Positions 1 through 14,045 of a stretch of DNA of 64,000 nt are shown here, piece after piece (the first letter of the stretch is position 1; every line of letters begins with the position of its first letter). Source of the stretch: Eledone cirrhosa (Eukaryota); contig OZ024750.1 of assembly GCA_964016885.1 (NCBI GenBank), positions 43,400,001-43,464,000 on the forward strand, given 5' to 3'. Below the pieces are notes generated by a model that saw nothing but the letters and a program-made list of their open reading frames with translations, was not told the origin of the DNA and ran no database searches. Position numbers and translations under genes: made by a program.

Positions 1-1989
1 CTGGCATTGCCTTTCACACCTTATCTACGACATGTCGTCCGAGTTCTTAAAGGTCCTCGCTTGTGTCAAATTTATGTGAGATCTCTCGATGTTTGTGACA
101 TTGGAGAGTATATCCTGACGTCACTTCTTAATGTTACTGGCACTTCCCTTAGTATATTTATACCTCCAAAGATGTTATTTCTTCAGAAGAATTATTTAAA
201 TGATAAATACCCTTTCCAAAACTATAGATAATACCAAGATATTCATTGTTTGTGGTGTTATTTATATGTTAACTAGGAATGTGACCCAATTACTCCCGTT
301 TAGGATCCTGTTGGTTTTTTTTATACAAGTTTTTTGTATATCTCCTTAGAATATTTGTTTTGGGTAGCAGATGTTGAAATACCTTATTAATATTCAAAAT
401 CCTACATCCTTCATCAAAATTTCCAATTGCCCACCATTTTCTGTTCGGTTGTCCATCCCTCCCCACCTAACAGTTGAAATCACCCACCAGTGGGTGACAT
501 CGCCAAAGTTGGGAAAGTTTAATATAAAGTATACTGTCTCTATAACACTTCTCTCTCCCCTCTCTTTCTCTCTCTCACACACACACAACATACACACACA
601 CACACAACACACACATAATCTCTCTCTCAGGCACACTCACACACACTCCCCACCCCACACACTCCCCCTCTCTCTCTCACACACTCTCTTTCTCACGTGC
701 ACACACACTCCCTCCCCCTATCTCTCACCCCCTCTCTCTCACACACTCCCCTCTCTCTCTGACACACACACACACTTCCGCTCCTCTCTCTTTCTCTCTC
801 TCTCACACACACACACACCCGTCCTCTCTCTCTCCCTCTGCCATAAGGGTCTTTCCTTTCTCTCCAGTTTGCTATAGCCCTGTCCACCACACTGGCTTCT
901 CTCCCTTTCCCACCTCCAGTAAATAATCAACTTAATTTCCTGTCAATAAGGGAGATAATAACTTTACTGGTGTCAAGAACATAATTTGAAAATTTGAAAT
1001 TAATTATTAACGTTTTGCAAGTACTTTATTCACAGCGATACAATTAATATAGTTAATAACATCAGTTAGTTGCATACCTTCCTTTATTTGATGTTGATGT
1101 TGAGGTTGTTGTTGTTGTGGTTGTTGTTGTGATTGTTGTTGTTGTTGGTGTTGTTGTTTTTGTGATTGTCGTTGTTGTCATTGTGGTTGTTGTTGTTGTG
1201 ATTGTTGGTTGTGTTGTGATTGTTGGTGTTGGTGTTCTTGTTGTTGTTGGTGGTGTTGTTGTTGTTGTGGTTGTTTTTGTGATTGTTCTTGTTGTCGTTG
1301 TGGTTGTTGTTGTTGTGGTTGTTGCTTGATGTCGGTTTATGTGCTTATTATTATCATTTTTCTTCTTCTTCTTCGTCTTCTTCTCGTAATCCCCATTCTG
1401 ATTATTTATTTATTTATTTATTTATTAAATATGAATTATTTATATTTTTAATTGCTTAATTATTATTATTATAATTATTGTTATTTTATTTTTGCCAATA
1501 AGAAATTTAGTCCCCTTGAAATTGTTAAGGCGTAAAATTAATTTATATTTCGTAGCGATGTTGTTGTTGTTGTTAGTGTTGGTGTTATTATTGGTGTTGT
1601 TAGTGTTGTTGTTGTTGGTATTGTCGTTGTTGTTGTCTTCGTTGCTGTCGTCGTTGTTGTTGTTGTTGCTGCCGTCATTGCTGTTGTTGTCAACATTGTT
1701 GTTGTTGTTGTTGTTGTTAGTGTTGGTTTTGTTATTGGTGTTGTTGTTGTTAGTGTTGTTGTTGTTAGTGTTGTTAGTGTTGTTGTTGGTATTGTTGTTG
1801 TTGTTGTCTTCGTTGCTGTCGTCGTTGTTGTTGCTGCCGTCATTGCTGTTGTTGTTGTTGTCAACATTGCTGTTGTTGAAGGCGTTGGTGGGGCTGCAAT
1901 GAACCGTTTGCATAAATCTTTGCAATTAACGTAACAAAAAACTCTACGGAATCTACCGCCACCCCCTCCCCAACTCACCCCCGCCCCCG

Positions 1990-2435
1990 ATCCCCAACAC
2001 AGCCACCCCCAACACAGACGCCATAGCACAGCCACCCCCAACACAGCCACCATAACACATCCCCTAACACAGCCACCATAACACCCCCCCAACACAGCCA
2101 CCCCCAACACAGCCGCCATAACACAGTCACCCCCAACACAGCCGCCATAACACAGTCACCCCCAACACAGTCGCCATAACACAGTCATCCCCAACACAGC
2201 CGCCGTAATACAGCCACCCCCAACACAGCCGCCATAACACATCCCCCCCAACACAGCCGCCATAACACAGTCACCCCCAACACAGCCGCCATAACACAGC
2301 CCTCCACACCCCCAACACAGCCGCCATAACACGGCCCTCCACACCCCCAACACAGCCACCCCCAATACAGCCGCCATAACACAGCCCTCCACACCCCCAA
2401 CACAGCCACCCCCAACACAGCCGCCATAACACGGC
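1990..2435. repeat. C/A-rich minisatellite (~30-bp unit CCCCAACACAGCCGCCATAACACAGYCA, built from ~15-bp subunits)
   Basis: Tandem near-identical units read directly; the repetitive MAAVLGVAVL ORFs come from it. Confidence 0.9.
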
Positions 2436-2708
2436 CCAGCTTCTTATAGTGTTTAGTATAGAAATATTTCTTGTCAACGTTCCTCGGTTAATTCTCGACC
2501 TAAGTCTTTAAGGAGTTTTAGGAACGTGTGAAGTCTCGGCGCGTCGATTGCAGTTATCACTAAAGGATTAGAAACATACGAAGATAATACAAGAAGTACA
2601 AGCCTGCTGCCATTGTCTCTATAATGTCTACTTCTTTCATGTCGTCATATAATCTCTCTCTCTCTCTCTCGCCCCCTCTCTCTCTATATATATAGATATA
2701 TAGATATT

Positions 2709-2762
<54 letters not shown>

Positions 2763-3148
2763 GTATTTATATATGTGGAAACTCTAGTAAAATCGAAGCT
2801 TTGGCTGTCAGCAAGCGAAATCGACCTACAATATGAATGAGTTAGCAAAGCACTCAATAAGGGTAGGTCCATAGAGTAATAACATACGTTTAAATAGCTT
2901 GACAAATTGAACATTGTGGTAGGCGAAACCTAACACACAATACCAAAGTAACGAAAAAACTAACAGGTTAAAAAATATATATAACAGGTTAGAGTATCGT
3001 AAATGAGGATAGAAAGAAGAGGTATAAAGAGGTGCGATACAGAATATTACATGCCAAAAGCGGATGCATAAGTGCTCAATGCTTGAGTTAACAGGGTTAA
3101 GTATTAGAGAATGTTAATATTTAGTGTAAGGTTTAGCAGAGCGGTGAA

Positions 3149-3441
3149 TAGCAAAATAATTAATGGAAGAGTTACAAGCCGTTAAAATATATCTTATAAA
3201 GCTCTTACACGCATTTCGCCCCCCTTAGCAAACTACATTCCTTTTCGCCGTGTTTACACTTTTAACATTTATATTTACTATGCAAGGTGATGTAAAACTT
3301 TTATTTAACCCTTTTAGGGTCTGTAATTAAAAACTTTGCTTGTAATATCTATCTCAGATGAGTCCCATTGGACGAAATGCGCGTAAGAGCTTTATAAAGA
3401 TATGTTTTAACGGCTTGTAACTATTTCATTAATTAGTTTGC

Positions 3442-3443
<2 letters not shown>
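3149..3443 (+). mobile_element. Fold-back PLE-type mini-element (inverted arms 3149-3218 / 3373-3443) ending at (TA)n
   Basis: The ~70-bp arms are reverse complements with few mismatches; carries a hammerhead-like motif. Confidence 0.65.
3352..3388 (+). ncRNA. Hammerhead ribozyme-like motif, variant core CAGAUGA
   Basis: TCT-CAGATGA-GTCC(CATT)GGAC-GAAA-TGCGCG-TA-AGA; stem II intact, near-palindromic stem III, short stem I. Confidence 0.55.
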
Positions 3444-3474
<31 letters not shown>

Positions 3475-3782
3475 TTTCTTATATATTTAACATCTTAGTG
3501 TTTTAAATGAGCTGAACGTCCTATCCTCGTGGCGTTTGTTAGATGTCTCTTTAATTACTATCTATCTATCTATTTATCTATCTATATATATTTATTGTTA
3601 TTTATTAATGTTAAAGTTATGTGATTTTTATGTAAACCCGTCACGTCTTGTAATGTCCCTATTCTTGTGCGCACTTGTAGCAAATAAAGAAACATATCTA
3701 TATATCTATCTACCTATCTATTCTATCTATTTTATCTGCCTGTTTGTCTGACTATCTATCTATCTATCTATCTAACGGTGTT

Positions 3783-3910
3783 GATAAAATAAAGTACCAG
3801 TAACGCAAAGTTAATCTTGGCGGGATTTGAACTCAGAATGTAAAGGAACGTTACTCTATGTCACAAAGCAAGTTGTCCGACGCTCTACCGATACTGCCAA
3901 ATCACGACCT
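3783..3910 (-). mobile_element. Diverged, internally rearranged tRNA-SINE fragment
   Basis: Minus-strand SINE head (GGATTTGAACTC, CTACCGATACTGCCA) preceded by a plus-strand SINE 3' piece (GATAAAATAAAGTACCAGTAA). Confidence 0.7.
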
Positions 3911-3934
3911 TTGCTATTTCCAAGAATGATAGGT

Positions 3935-4487
3935 ATTAAACTGAACAGGTCCGATACTATGGGCATGTGGTTAGAATGTCTCAGGAAAGAATCACTGGAC
4001 AGATTTTACAGGCAAAACCAACCGGTAGGGGACCCAGAGGTGGACCCTGAGCAAGATGGTTGGGTAACATCCATGGACATGGCTGGACACGATTCGGGAT
4101 CCAACCGGATCAATTGGAGACGGTTGTTTCTGACAGGACCCGTTGAAAGGAGAGCTTGAGGGACTCTGCCACTACGACCTTCTCACGAATAAGTGGGAGG
4201 AGAAGAAGAAGAAGGAGGAGGTGGAGGAGGAGGAGAAGAAGAAGAAGAAGGAGAAGAAGGAGAAGAAGAAGAAGTTGAAGAAGAAGAAGACGAAGAAGAA
4301 GAAGGCGAAAAAGAAGAAGACGAAGGAGGAGAAGAAGAAGAAGAAGAAAAAGAATAAGAAAAAGAAGAAGAAGTTGAAGAAGGAGGAGAAGAAGAAGAAG
4401 GATAAGAAGATAAAGAAGAAGAAGAAAAAGTTGAAGAAGAAGAAGAAGAAGAAGAAGAAGAAGAAGAAGAAGAAGAAGAAGAAGAAG
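3935..4487 (+). mobile_element. RTE-clade LINE 3' fragment with expanded (GAA)n tail
   Basis: Translates as QVRYYGHVVRMSQERITGQILQAKPTGRGPRGGP*ARW, matching the RTE C-terminal W/YGHVxRM...GxRPRGRP..RW motif; followed by (AAG)n at 4200-4487. Confidence 0.8.
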
Positions 4488-4881
4488 ATTAAACTCAACG
4501 TTTATCTTGACAACCTGATTTCTCTTCATACATTAACTTATCCTCGCCTCCCTTTACAATCCCTCTCTCACTTTTTATGCATATCTTCTCTACTTTGGAC
4601 TACACACTCTCTCTCCTCTTCTCTCTATATATCACACTCTTTCTCCTCTTCTCTCTATATATCACTCTCTTTCTCCTCTTCTCTCTATATATATATATCT
4701 ATATCTATATATATATATATACCTCCCTCTCTCTTCTTCTCTCTCTCTCTCCCTCTCTCTATATATATATGCCTCTCTCTCACCTTTTCTCTCTATATAT
4801 CACTCTCTCTCTCTCCTCTTCTATCTCTCTCTCTCTTTATATATATATATATCTGCCTCTCTCCTCTTCTCTCTCTCTCTA

Positions 4882-4981
<100 letters not shown>

Positions 4982-5019
4982 TCTCTCTTACCTTTTCGCT
5001 CTATATCTCTCTCTCCTCT

Positions 5020-5054
<35 letters not shown>

Positions 5055-5495
5055 GTCTGCCTCTCTCTCACCTTTTCTCTCTATTCTCTCCCCTTCTCTT
5101 TCAGACAATCTTTAATAACACATTTAAATAATATTGAAATCTATGAAAAACACAAAGTACGTTGAGTCATCTCCCTTGAGGGAGCTCTCTAATGGCTCTT
5201 CCTGATTTCCCTGATGTAAATTGAACCCGTGAATATTCAACCCAATGTGCTGACTCTATATGTGTTTGTGTGTGATTGTGTGTGTTTGTGTGTGCTCCTG
5301 TTATGTCTATATGTATACATACTTGTGTGTATATGTGTATACATGTATGTGTATGTGTGGGTTATGTGTATATGTGTGTGTGCTCGAGACTGTGTACGTT
5401 TGTGTTTGTGGACTATGTATGTGCATGTATGTGTTTGTATCTATGTGGTTGTGTCTATGTGGTTGTGTGCATGTGTGTATTTGTCTCTGTGAGAA

Positions 5496-5939
5496 TGCTA
5501 CTGTACGTCTGTATACATATATGTATGTACGTATACATACATACTTACATTTAAGTAAGTGCCATACTAAGAGTGAGAAATGAAATTTCGTTTTCATTTT
5601 TTTCAACTTATCGTTTTCGGTATGCCTGACCGATTTAACTCATTCAATATGCAAATTAGGCTGCTCAGCCGTTAATTTTCATAAGGAAAGTATATACTTT
5701 CGAACGTTCAACTATCTGGCAGATGGGTATACGGTGCTGATGATAGCTAACAAGCTTGAAACTAGTACATCGTTCCTGTGTCAGTGTTGAACAAAAAGGT
5801 GACGTGGTTGCCTTAACACCGTATGGCATAAATTCAGGCTGTTCAGTTTGTTTACAAACGAACAAAGCGGCGTTATAATAAGCGTCCGCTAAACTGATGC
5901 GTGCATATATGTATGTGTACCTGTATGTATATATGTATA

Positions 5940-5970
<31 letters not shown>

Positions 5971-6089
5971 GCATGCTACTGTACGTCTGTATACATACAT
6001 GTATGTACGTATACATACATACTTACATTTAAGTAAGTGCCATACTAAGAGTGAGAAATGAAATTTCGTTTTCATTTCTTTCAACTTAT
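5496..6089. repeat. ~115-bp direct repeat (5496-5611 / 5975-6089) flanking a hammerhead-containing insert
   Basis: TGCTACTGTACGTCTG...TTTCAACTTAT occurs twice, nearly identical. Confidence 0.8.
5731..5773 (+). ncRNA. Minimal type-I hammerhead ribozyme
   Basis: ACGGTG-CTGATGA-T-AGCT(AACA)AGCT-T-GAAA-CTAG-TA-CATCGT: 6-bp stem I, canonical core, palindromic stem III (ACTAGT), GUA cleavage triplet. Confidence 0.85.
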
Positions 6090-6116
6090 ATATATATACA
6101 TATATATATAGACACA

Positions 6117-6148
<32 letters not shown>

Positions 6149-6219
6149 CATATATATATACATATATATATATATATACATATATATAGATATATATACA
6201 TATATATAGATATATATAC

Positions 6220-6336
<117 letters not shown>

Positions 6337-6397
6337 TATATACATATATATATATATATACATATATATATACATACATATACATATATATATATAC

Positions 6398-9157
6398 ATG
6401 TATATCCGTGAAGATGTCACACCAATTGTACTGTTGACACATTCAAACTCAGTCTGTGACACACTGATAATACATATGAAACAACTACAGACGGTAATAT
6501 GTGTCACATATCGGCCGCCCGATGCCCCCAGTCATGAGGGTAAATTTGAGGATAGCCTAAGTAGGATAGAAGAGGTCCTTGACAAACTGGACCAGGGTCT
6601 CAACATCCTACTGCTGGGAGACTTCAACCTACCAAAGGTCAAATGGCCTGAGAGCCACCTCCTCCCTGGAATGACGTCAATAGAACAGAGACAGACGGAA
6701 TCCCTGCTGGCCCTCACACACAGGCTGTTCATGGAGCAAGCAATACTCCTCCCAACAAGAGGCGAAAATGTCCTGGACCTCTGTTTTACAAACAACGAAG
6801 TACTCAACCACAATGTAAAGGTGACACCAACAATTCTCTCGGATCATAACTTGGTAGAGCTAATGATATGTGGTCCAAGAGAACCAACAGAGACAAAACC
6901 ACCAAGAAGCTCCGGGACGCTATCCAGCCTTAACTTCTACGGGGCTGACTGGAAGAAGATTAAGAGTGAAATCCGGAAGCAAACATGGAGTGCAAACATC
7001 GCCACACAAGACACTAACACACAATTTCAACACTTCATGACAACGATACACACCATATGCAAAAAGTGTGTCCCGGAGAAAGAGGCAAACAGACACAAAA
7101 ATCTTATTCCCAGAGATAGGAAAATCCTTATGAGACGTAGAACTAAACTCTCAAACCAGTTGAATAGTCAACAAAACCAAAACAAGAAGGAATCCTATTT
7201 GAAACGTGCACTACTTGACACCGAGATTGCACTCAAGCTTTCACATGAGAATGAGAGGGCAAGGAAAGAGAACAGGGTCATAGAAAACATTAAAACAAAC
7301 CCTAAGGCCTTCTTTAAATTTGCAAAAGAAACTGCCTCAGTACAGTGCAAGATTGGACCACTCTTCCACACGGACGGTTCATTAACCGAAAATCCCCAAG
7401 AGATATATGAAATACTGAACGAACAGTACAAAAGTGTCTTCACATGTCCACTGAGGCACATGCAAATAACGAAGCCAGAGGAGTTCTTTGATGCCACAAC
7501 ACTACATCAAGAAATGGCAACCATCAACCACATAGACATAACGGAGGAGGATGTGGTGTACGCCATTGATGAAATTAGAACAGACTCGGCTGCTGGACCT
7601 GATGGATTCCCAGCAGTTCTCCTAAAAATATGTAAGCGGGCCTTAGCAACTCCACTGAAGATGCTCTTCAGAAGCTCCTTGGCTAGCGGTGTACTACCCA
7701 GGGAGCTGAAAGAAGGCACAATATGCCCTATCCATAAAGGAGGTAGTAGAGCGGAGGCCAAGAACTATAGGCCAGTCTCCCTGACGTCGCATATCAGTAA
7801 GGTCATGGAGCGAGTCGTCAGAAAGAAACTAATCACTTTCCTCGAAGAAAATGACCGCCTGACTAGCACGCAACATGGCTTCCGCCCAGGAAGAAGCTGC
7901 CTTACACAGCTGCTACATCACTACGACTGGGTACTGAGACAACTGCTAGACAGCTCACATGTAGACGTGATATATCTTGACTTTGCGAAGGCCTTTGACA
8001 AGGTCGACCACGGAATGATATGTCACAAACTACACGACTCGGCATAACTGGAAAAGTGGGTGAGTGGCTGCATGGCTTCCTAAGGGACAGAAGCCAGGCA
8101 GTCGCAGCAAATGGGGCCCTCTCGAGGGAAACACCGATAACAAGTGGGGTGCCTCAGGGGACAGTCCTGGGACCACTACTGTTTTTGGTGGCTCTCTCGG
8201 ACATGCCCTCTGTGGTGCATGCAACAACATCCTCACTAGCTATGCTGATGACACTAAGGTAGCACAGGCAATCAAAAACACGGCTGACGCTGCCCTCTTA
8301 CAGCAGGATCTGGATGCCATATACAGATGGGCGGAAGAAAACAACATGCAGTTTAATGCTGGCAAATTCCAAGCCCTACAATACAAACCTGCAAACACAA
8401 ACACAAATATAGCGGAACACAGCTACACAGGACCAGGAGGGACCGATATCCCCGTGTCAAAATCGATACGAGACCCTGGCATAGACATGAGCGATGATGC
8501 ATCTTTTTCTTCACACATCATGAAGGTGGCGACAGCATGTAGACGATTCGCAGGCTGGATCTTGAGGACTTTCCTTACAAGAGATCGAGACACCATGTTG
8601 ACACTGTGGAGGACTTTTGTCCTAAGCCGCCTGGACTACTGCTCCCAGCTGTGTCACCCCATAGTGTCAAACTAACCACGGAGCTTGAGGCAATCCAGCG
8701 AAGCTACACCAAGAAAATTGCCAAGATGAGGGAGACAAGCTACTGGGAGAGGCTGAAGGAACTGAACCTCTACTCCTTGGAGCGAAGAAGGGAGAGATAC
8801 GCAGTGATCTACATGTGGAAAATCCTGGAGGGACTAGCACCAAACTTTGGCATTGGGAGCTGGACCAACCGTCGAACAGGACGTCACTGTGTGGTGCCAA
8901 AGGTCCCGTCTTCCACATCTAGAATAAGGAGCAGGTATTGCAATAGCCTGGGATTCAAGGGCCCTCAACTCTTCAACAGGCTGCCGAGGCATCTGCGAGA
9001 CTTGCATGACGTGGAGGTGGATGTCTTTAAGAAACATCTCGACACCTTGTTATCCAGGATCCCGGATGAGCCCACAGCAAGACACGAGGGAAACCTAAGG
9101 GCAGCAGCAACAAACTCCCTCCTACACCAGTGGCCAACCTATACAGGCTGGAGATAA
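6398..9157 (+). pseudogene. LINE ORF2 (APE endonuclease C-terminal half + reverse transcriptase), broken by three frameshifts (~8035, ~8228, ~8655)
   Basis: Motifs [49 protein letters not shown] and LYSLERRR spread over ORFs 6398-8047, 8020-8262, 8064-8675 and 8606-9157. Confidence 0.92.
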
Positions 9158-9233
9158 AATGTGTAGCAACAAGGGCGGTGCCCCAGCATGGCCTCAGCCG
9201 GATGGCTGAAACAGGTAAAAGAGTAAAAGAGTA
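6400..9233 (+). mobile_element. 5'-truncated CR1-group LINE, inserted between TA-rich microsatellites
   Basis: ORF2 homology throughout; 3' UTR hairpin CAGCC-GGAT-GGCTG followed by a (GTAAAAGA)2 tail. Confidence 0.9.
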
Positions 9234-10232
<999 letters not shown>

Positions 10233-10597
10233 ACATTTATATGTGCGTGTGTGTGTGTGTGTTTGTGTTTGTGTATGTGTCTATGTGTGTATTTATGTTC
10301 TGTGTGAGTGTGTGTTTATGTGATTATGTGTTGTGATTTGTGTTTATGTGTATGCGAATATATATGTGTTAATGTATGCGTTTGTGGTTACATTGTGTGC
10401 ATATGTGATTATGTGACTAGGAATGTAAGTGTGTATGTTTGTGTCAGTGTTTCAGAGTCTGTGAGATAGTGTTTGTGTGTGTGTACCAAAATACAGCTGG
10501 CCAACAGGAAACTTAGATACGAGCAGACCATTTAGGCCGTGGACCGTGTCCTGGTAGTTCACACTCTAGGGGTATATATCAGCCATTATCTATACCA

Positions 10598-10970
10598 GAG
10601 GTGGATTGGCTGTATCGGTAGAGGGTCGGACGCCATGCTTTCCAGCATAGTTACGTCCCTTTACGATCTGAGTTCAAATCCCGCCGAGGTTGACTTTGCC
10701 TTTCATCATCATCCCCTTCCTTACCACCTCCACCATCACCACCACCATCACCACCATCACCACCGTCACCATCTTCATCATCATCACCACCATCCACATC
10801 ATCATCATCACCATCACCACCACAACCAACAGCACCACCATCATCATCGCCATCATCTCCAAATCCCGTCGAGGTTAACTTTGCCTTTCATCCTCACGGG
10901 GTCTATAAAATAAAGTACCAGTAATGCACTGGGATAATTGCTGGCCTTGTGCCTAAAGTAGAAACAATTA
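10598..10970 (+). mobile_element. Chimeric tRNA-SINE with ~150-bp (CAC/CAT) insert and duplicated B-box segment
   Basis: A box TGGCTGTATCGG, B box GAGTTCAAATCC; target-site duplication ATTATCTATACCAGAGG. Confidence 0.85.
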
Positions 10971-11124
10971 TCTATACCAGAGGTTCTCAGACTTTTGGGA
11001 CCACATCACCCTTCACAGACATGTAATACCCTCAGTACCATCCAACCCTATTTCCAGAGACCTACCTACACACAAATTGTAAATAATATAGAATAAATAA
11101 ATAAAATCGTTAATTTATATATAA

Positions 11125-11270
11125 CTAGCAGAATGGCCCGGTGTTGCTCGGGATTTGCTCTAAGGTTCTTATATATTTGATATATATTTATCATTATCGA
11201 GCCTCGTGAAATGAATACGTTTGTTTATATTTTGTTATTGTGTATGCAAAAATATCTGTACACGAATATA

Positions 11271-11322
<52 letters not shown>

Positions 11323-11770
11323 TAACAGATTAAAGTTTAAGCAAAGAATCGCTGCTTTCACGCTTAACGGGATCTTCTGAAACTAAAAAAAAATCAATCT
11401 GTGAACGCAGAAGTAAATATTTGGAAAAACGTTACACACAATATATATATACACACACTATATATACATATATATATACACACACATAGCGTCATAATGT
11501 CGTAATGCAGACAGTCAGACATGCAGACAGATAATATAAGGGCGTAATGTTATATATATGTATCTATCTAAAAAGAAAGACTAAGAATTATAGAGAGAGA
11601 TCGCTCAATCGCCTAATGCGGTCCCTAGGGCATTGAAAAGGTGAACTATCATTTGCTCAAAAAACTCACAGGACCATAAGTATTACATGTGTAAAGTTTG
11701 AAAACAATCGGTTGGGTGGTTCTCGAGTTTTAGGGAGTCAGACAGACAGACATTCTCTGTTTTAGATAGA
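11125..11770 (-). mobile_element. Non-autonomous Helitron
   Basis: Minus strand: 5' TC (TCTATCTAAAACAGAG...), subterminal hairpin CCCGAGCAACACCGGG, 3' CTAG, inserted between A and T. Confidence 0.8.
11334..11384 (-). ncRNA. Hammerhead-like motif, variant core CAGAAGA (paralog of 20193-20243)
   Basis: AGTTT-CAGAAGA-TCCCGTTAAGCGT-GAA-AGCAG(7 nt)TTGCT-T-AAACT; stem II weakened. Confidence 0.45.
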
Positions 11771-11779
11771 TATATAAAT

Positions 11780-11968
11780 AATTGTTTCTACGTTTGGCAC
11801 AAGGCCAGCAAATACCCAGTGCATTACTGGTACTTTATTTTTTCGACCCGTAAGGATGAAAGGCAAAGTTAACCTCGGCGAGATTTGAACTCAGAATGGC
11901 AAGGGCCGTAACTCTATACGTCAAAGCATGGCGTCCGACCCTCTACCGATACTGCCAATCCACCGCCC
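11780..11968 (-). mobile_element. tRNA-derived SINE (subtype B)
   Basis: Full-length copy with A/B boxes; TSD TATATAAATAAT. Confidence 0.9.
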
Positions 11969-12224
11969 TATATATATAAATAATATTATATATGTTTTAT
12001 TTTACTATATTTATATATAATATATATCATTTGATATTTAATATACTGTTATATTATCTCTACTACACCCCCCTCTTACACCCCAGTACCCCCTGGACCT
12101 TCTCACCCACATCCCGTGGGGAGTAGCGCCCACTTTGGGAACCTCTGATCTATGTGATCGTAGCAGCTTAGAAAAGAATGGGTCTGGTAATCAACATCCA
12201 GAAATCTAAATCTAAGTTTATTTG

Positions 12225-12362
12225 TCTGAGTTCAAATCCCGCTGAGGTTGACTTTGCCTTTCATCCTTACGGGGTCGATAAAATAAAGTACCAGTAATGC
12301 ACTAGGGTTATTGCTAGTGCCAAATGTAGAAACAATTATTGTGCCAAATGTAGAAACAATTA
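12225..12362 (+). mobile_element. 5'-truncated SINE with duplicated tail
   Basis: Starts at the B box; GTGCCAAATGTAGAAACAATTATT occurs twice. Confidence 0.85.
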
Positions 12363-12531
12363 TTTTTCCTTCTCAACTGTAACAATTAACCAGGCTCTCT
12401 CATGTGAAATACTTCATACAAGGTAAAGAGACTTTAACCCTTTAGCATTTAAACCGGCCATATCCGCCGGTTTATGGTTAATTAATATCGTTAATTTATA
12501 TATAATAAATATATTTTATATATAATAAATT

Positions 12532-12576
<45 letters not shown>

Positions 12577-12579
<3 letters not shown>

Positions 12580-12749
12580 AAAGTTCTATTTAAATTGTTG
12601 GGATACAACAAGCAAATATTTTTATAACTGATATAAAGCACTCAACAAGTATTTGGAGTAAACACAGCATAATTTAACTTGGTGTCCTTGAAATATGTAT
12701 AATGAAATAAATATGGTTTTATAAATATAGTTTCCATTTGTTAATATCG

Positions 12750-12750
<1 letters not shown>
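12577..12750. mobile_element. Internally inverted copy of hammerhead mini-element family H1
   Basis: Minus-oriented tail joined to the plus-oriented GAAATATGTATAATGAAATA...TTAATATCGT part; flanked by (TA)n. Confidence 0.75.
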
Positions 12751-12807
<57 letters not shown>

Positions 12808-12869
12808 AAAAAAAGATGAAATCGAAAATGCAACTGGAGTCTTTTAAAAAAAAATATACATTTATTTGG

Positions 12870-12908
12870 TTCCTTTACCGGTTTCGCAGTTCTTGTGCTT
12901 TTCAAAAA
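12870..12908 (-). ncRNA. Hammerhead-like motif with UUGAAAA core (family H2)
   Basis: TTGAAAA-GCA(CAAGAAC)TGC-GAAA-CCGG-TA-AAGG; palindromic stem III ACCGGT; 5' strand of stem I lost in poly-T. Confidence 0.55.
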
Positions 12909-12949
12909 AAAAAAAAAATATATATAGACGCATGGTTTATATATGGTTC

Positions 12950-13085
12950 ATGGCTTAGTGGTTAGAGCATTGGGCTTGCAATCGAAAGGTTGTGAGTTCA
13001 ATTCTCAGACTGGGTGATGTGTTGTTTCCTTGAGCAAGACACTTTATATCACGTTGCTCCAGTTTAGTCAGCTGTTGAAATGAGA
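12950..13085 (+). mobile_element. Second tRNA-SINE family (MIR-like core)
   Basis: A box TGGCTTAGTGG, B box GAGTTCAATTC, core TCCTTGAGCAAGACACTT. Confidence 0.75.
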
Positions 13086-13203
13086 TGATAGGGACTGGGG
13101 TCCCTATCATTAAATCACCCAAGACACCCAAGACACCATCCACCGAGATATACCTTGGAGGAGGCCAGCTAAACCTGCATAGGTGTGAGCTATCACACAC
13201 ACA

Positions 13204-13307
<104 letters not shown>

Positions 13308-13374
13308 GAGAGCGCAACAGCCTTTATCTTTCCATGGGTTTTTCTGAACGTGTATAAATACACTTGTATTTGTA

Positions 13375-13418
<44 letters not shown>

Positions 13419-13419
13419 T

Positions 13420-13460
<41 letters not shown>

Positions 13461-13600
13461 ATACTACTACTGGTCGAAGTAGTAGAAAGAGAAAGAGAAA
13501 AAGGAAGGATATGAAAAGTAAAATTAGATATTGATAATGGTAATAAGAAGGAACAAAACGACTAGTGATATATCTAGTAGTAGCAGTAGTAGTAGTAGTA

Positions 13601-13644
<44 letters not shown>

Positions 13645-13754
13645 AGTAGTGGTGGTGGGGGTCGTGGGGGTAGAAGAAGAAGAAGAAGACTATAGAGTGA
13701 GAAACAAACAAGCGAAGAACAAAACTATGCACAAACTACACAGGCACACGTACA

Positions 13755-13833
<79 letters not shown>

Positions 13834-13872
13834 TGTGTGTATGTGTCTGCATACATATGTATGCATGTATAC

Positions 13873-13907
<35 letters not shown>

Positions 13908-13966
13908 TATTATATATATGTATATGTATGTATGCGTATGTGTCTCTATAAATAAGTATATATATA

Positions 13967-14045
<79 letters not shown>

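Larger units (their letters stand above)
10978..12147. mobile_element. hAT/Charlie-like MITE hosting a nested Helitron and SINE
   Basis: Termini CAGAGGTTCTCAGA / TTTGGGAACCTCTG; imperfect 8-bp TSD ATCTATAC / ATCTATGT. Confidence 0.65.

Noticed and set aside
1-231. Possible coding fragment (minus-strand FGGINIL, Pif1-like)
   Set aside because: Single weak motif with in-frame stops nearby
2785-2830. Hammerhead-like GCTT..AAGC-GAAA-TCGA
   Set aside because: CUGANGA core and UH site too degenerate to call
8244-8256. CTGATGA in the LINE (isolated copies also near 24845 and 29116)
   Set aside because: Encodes YADD at 8.2 kb; the others lack stem II and GAAA
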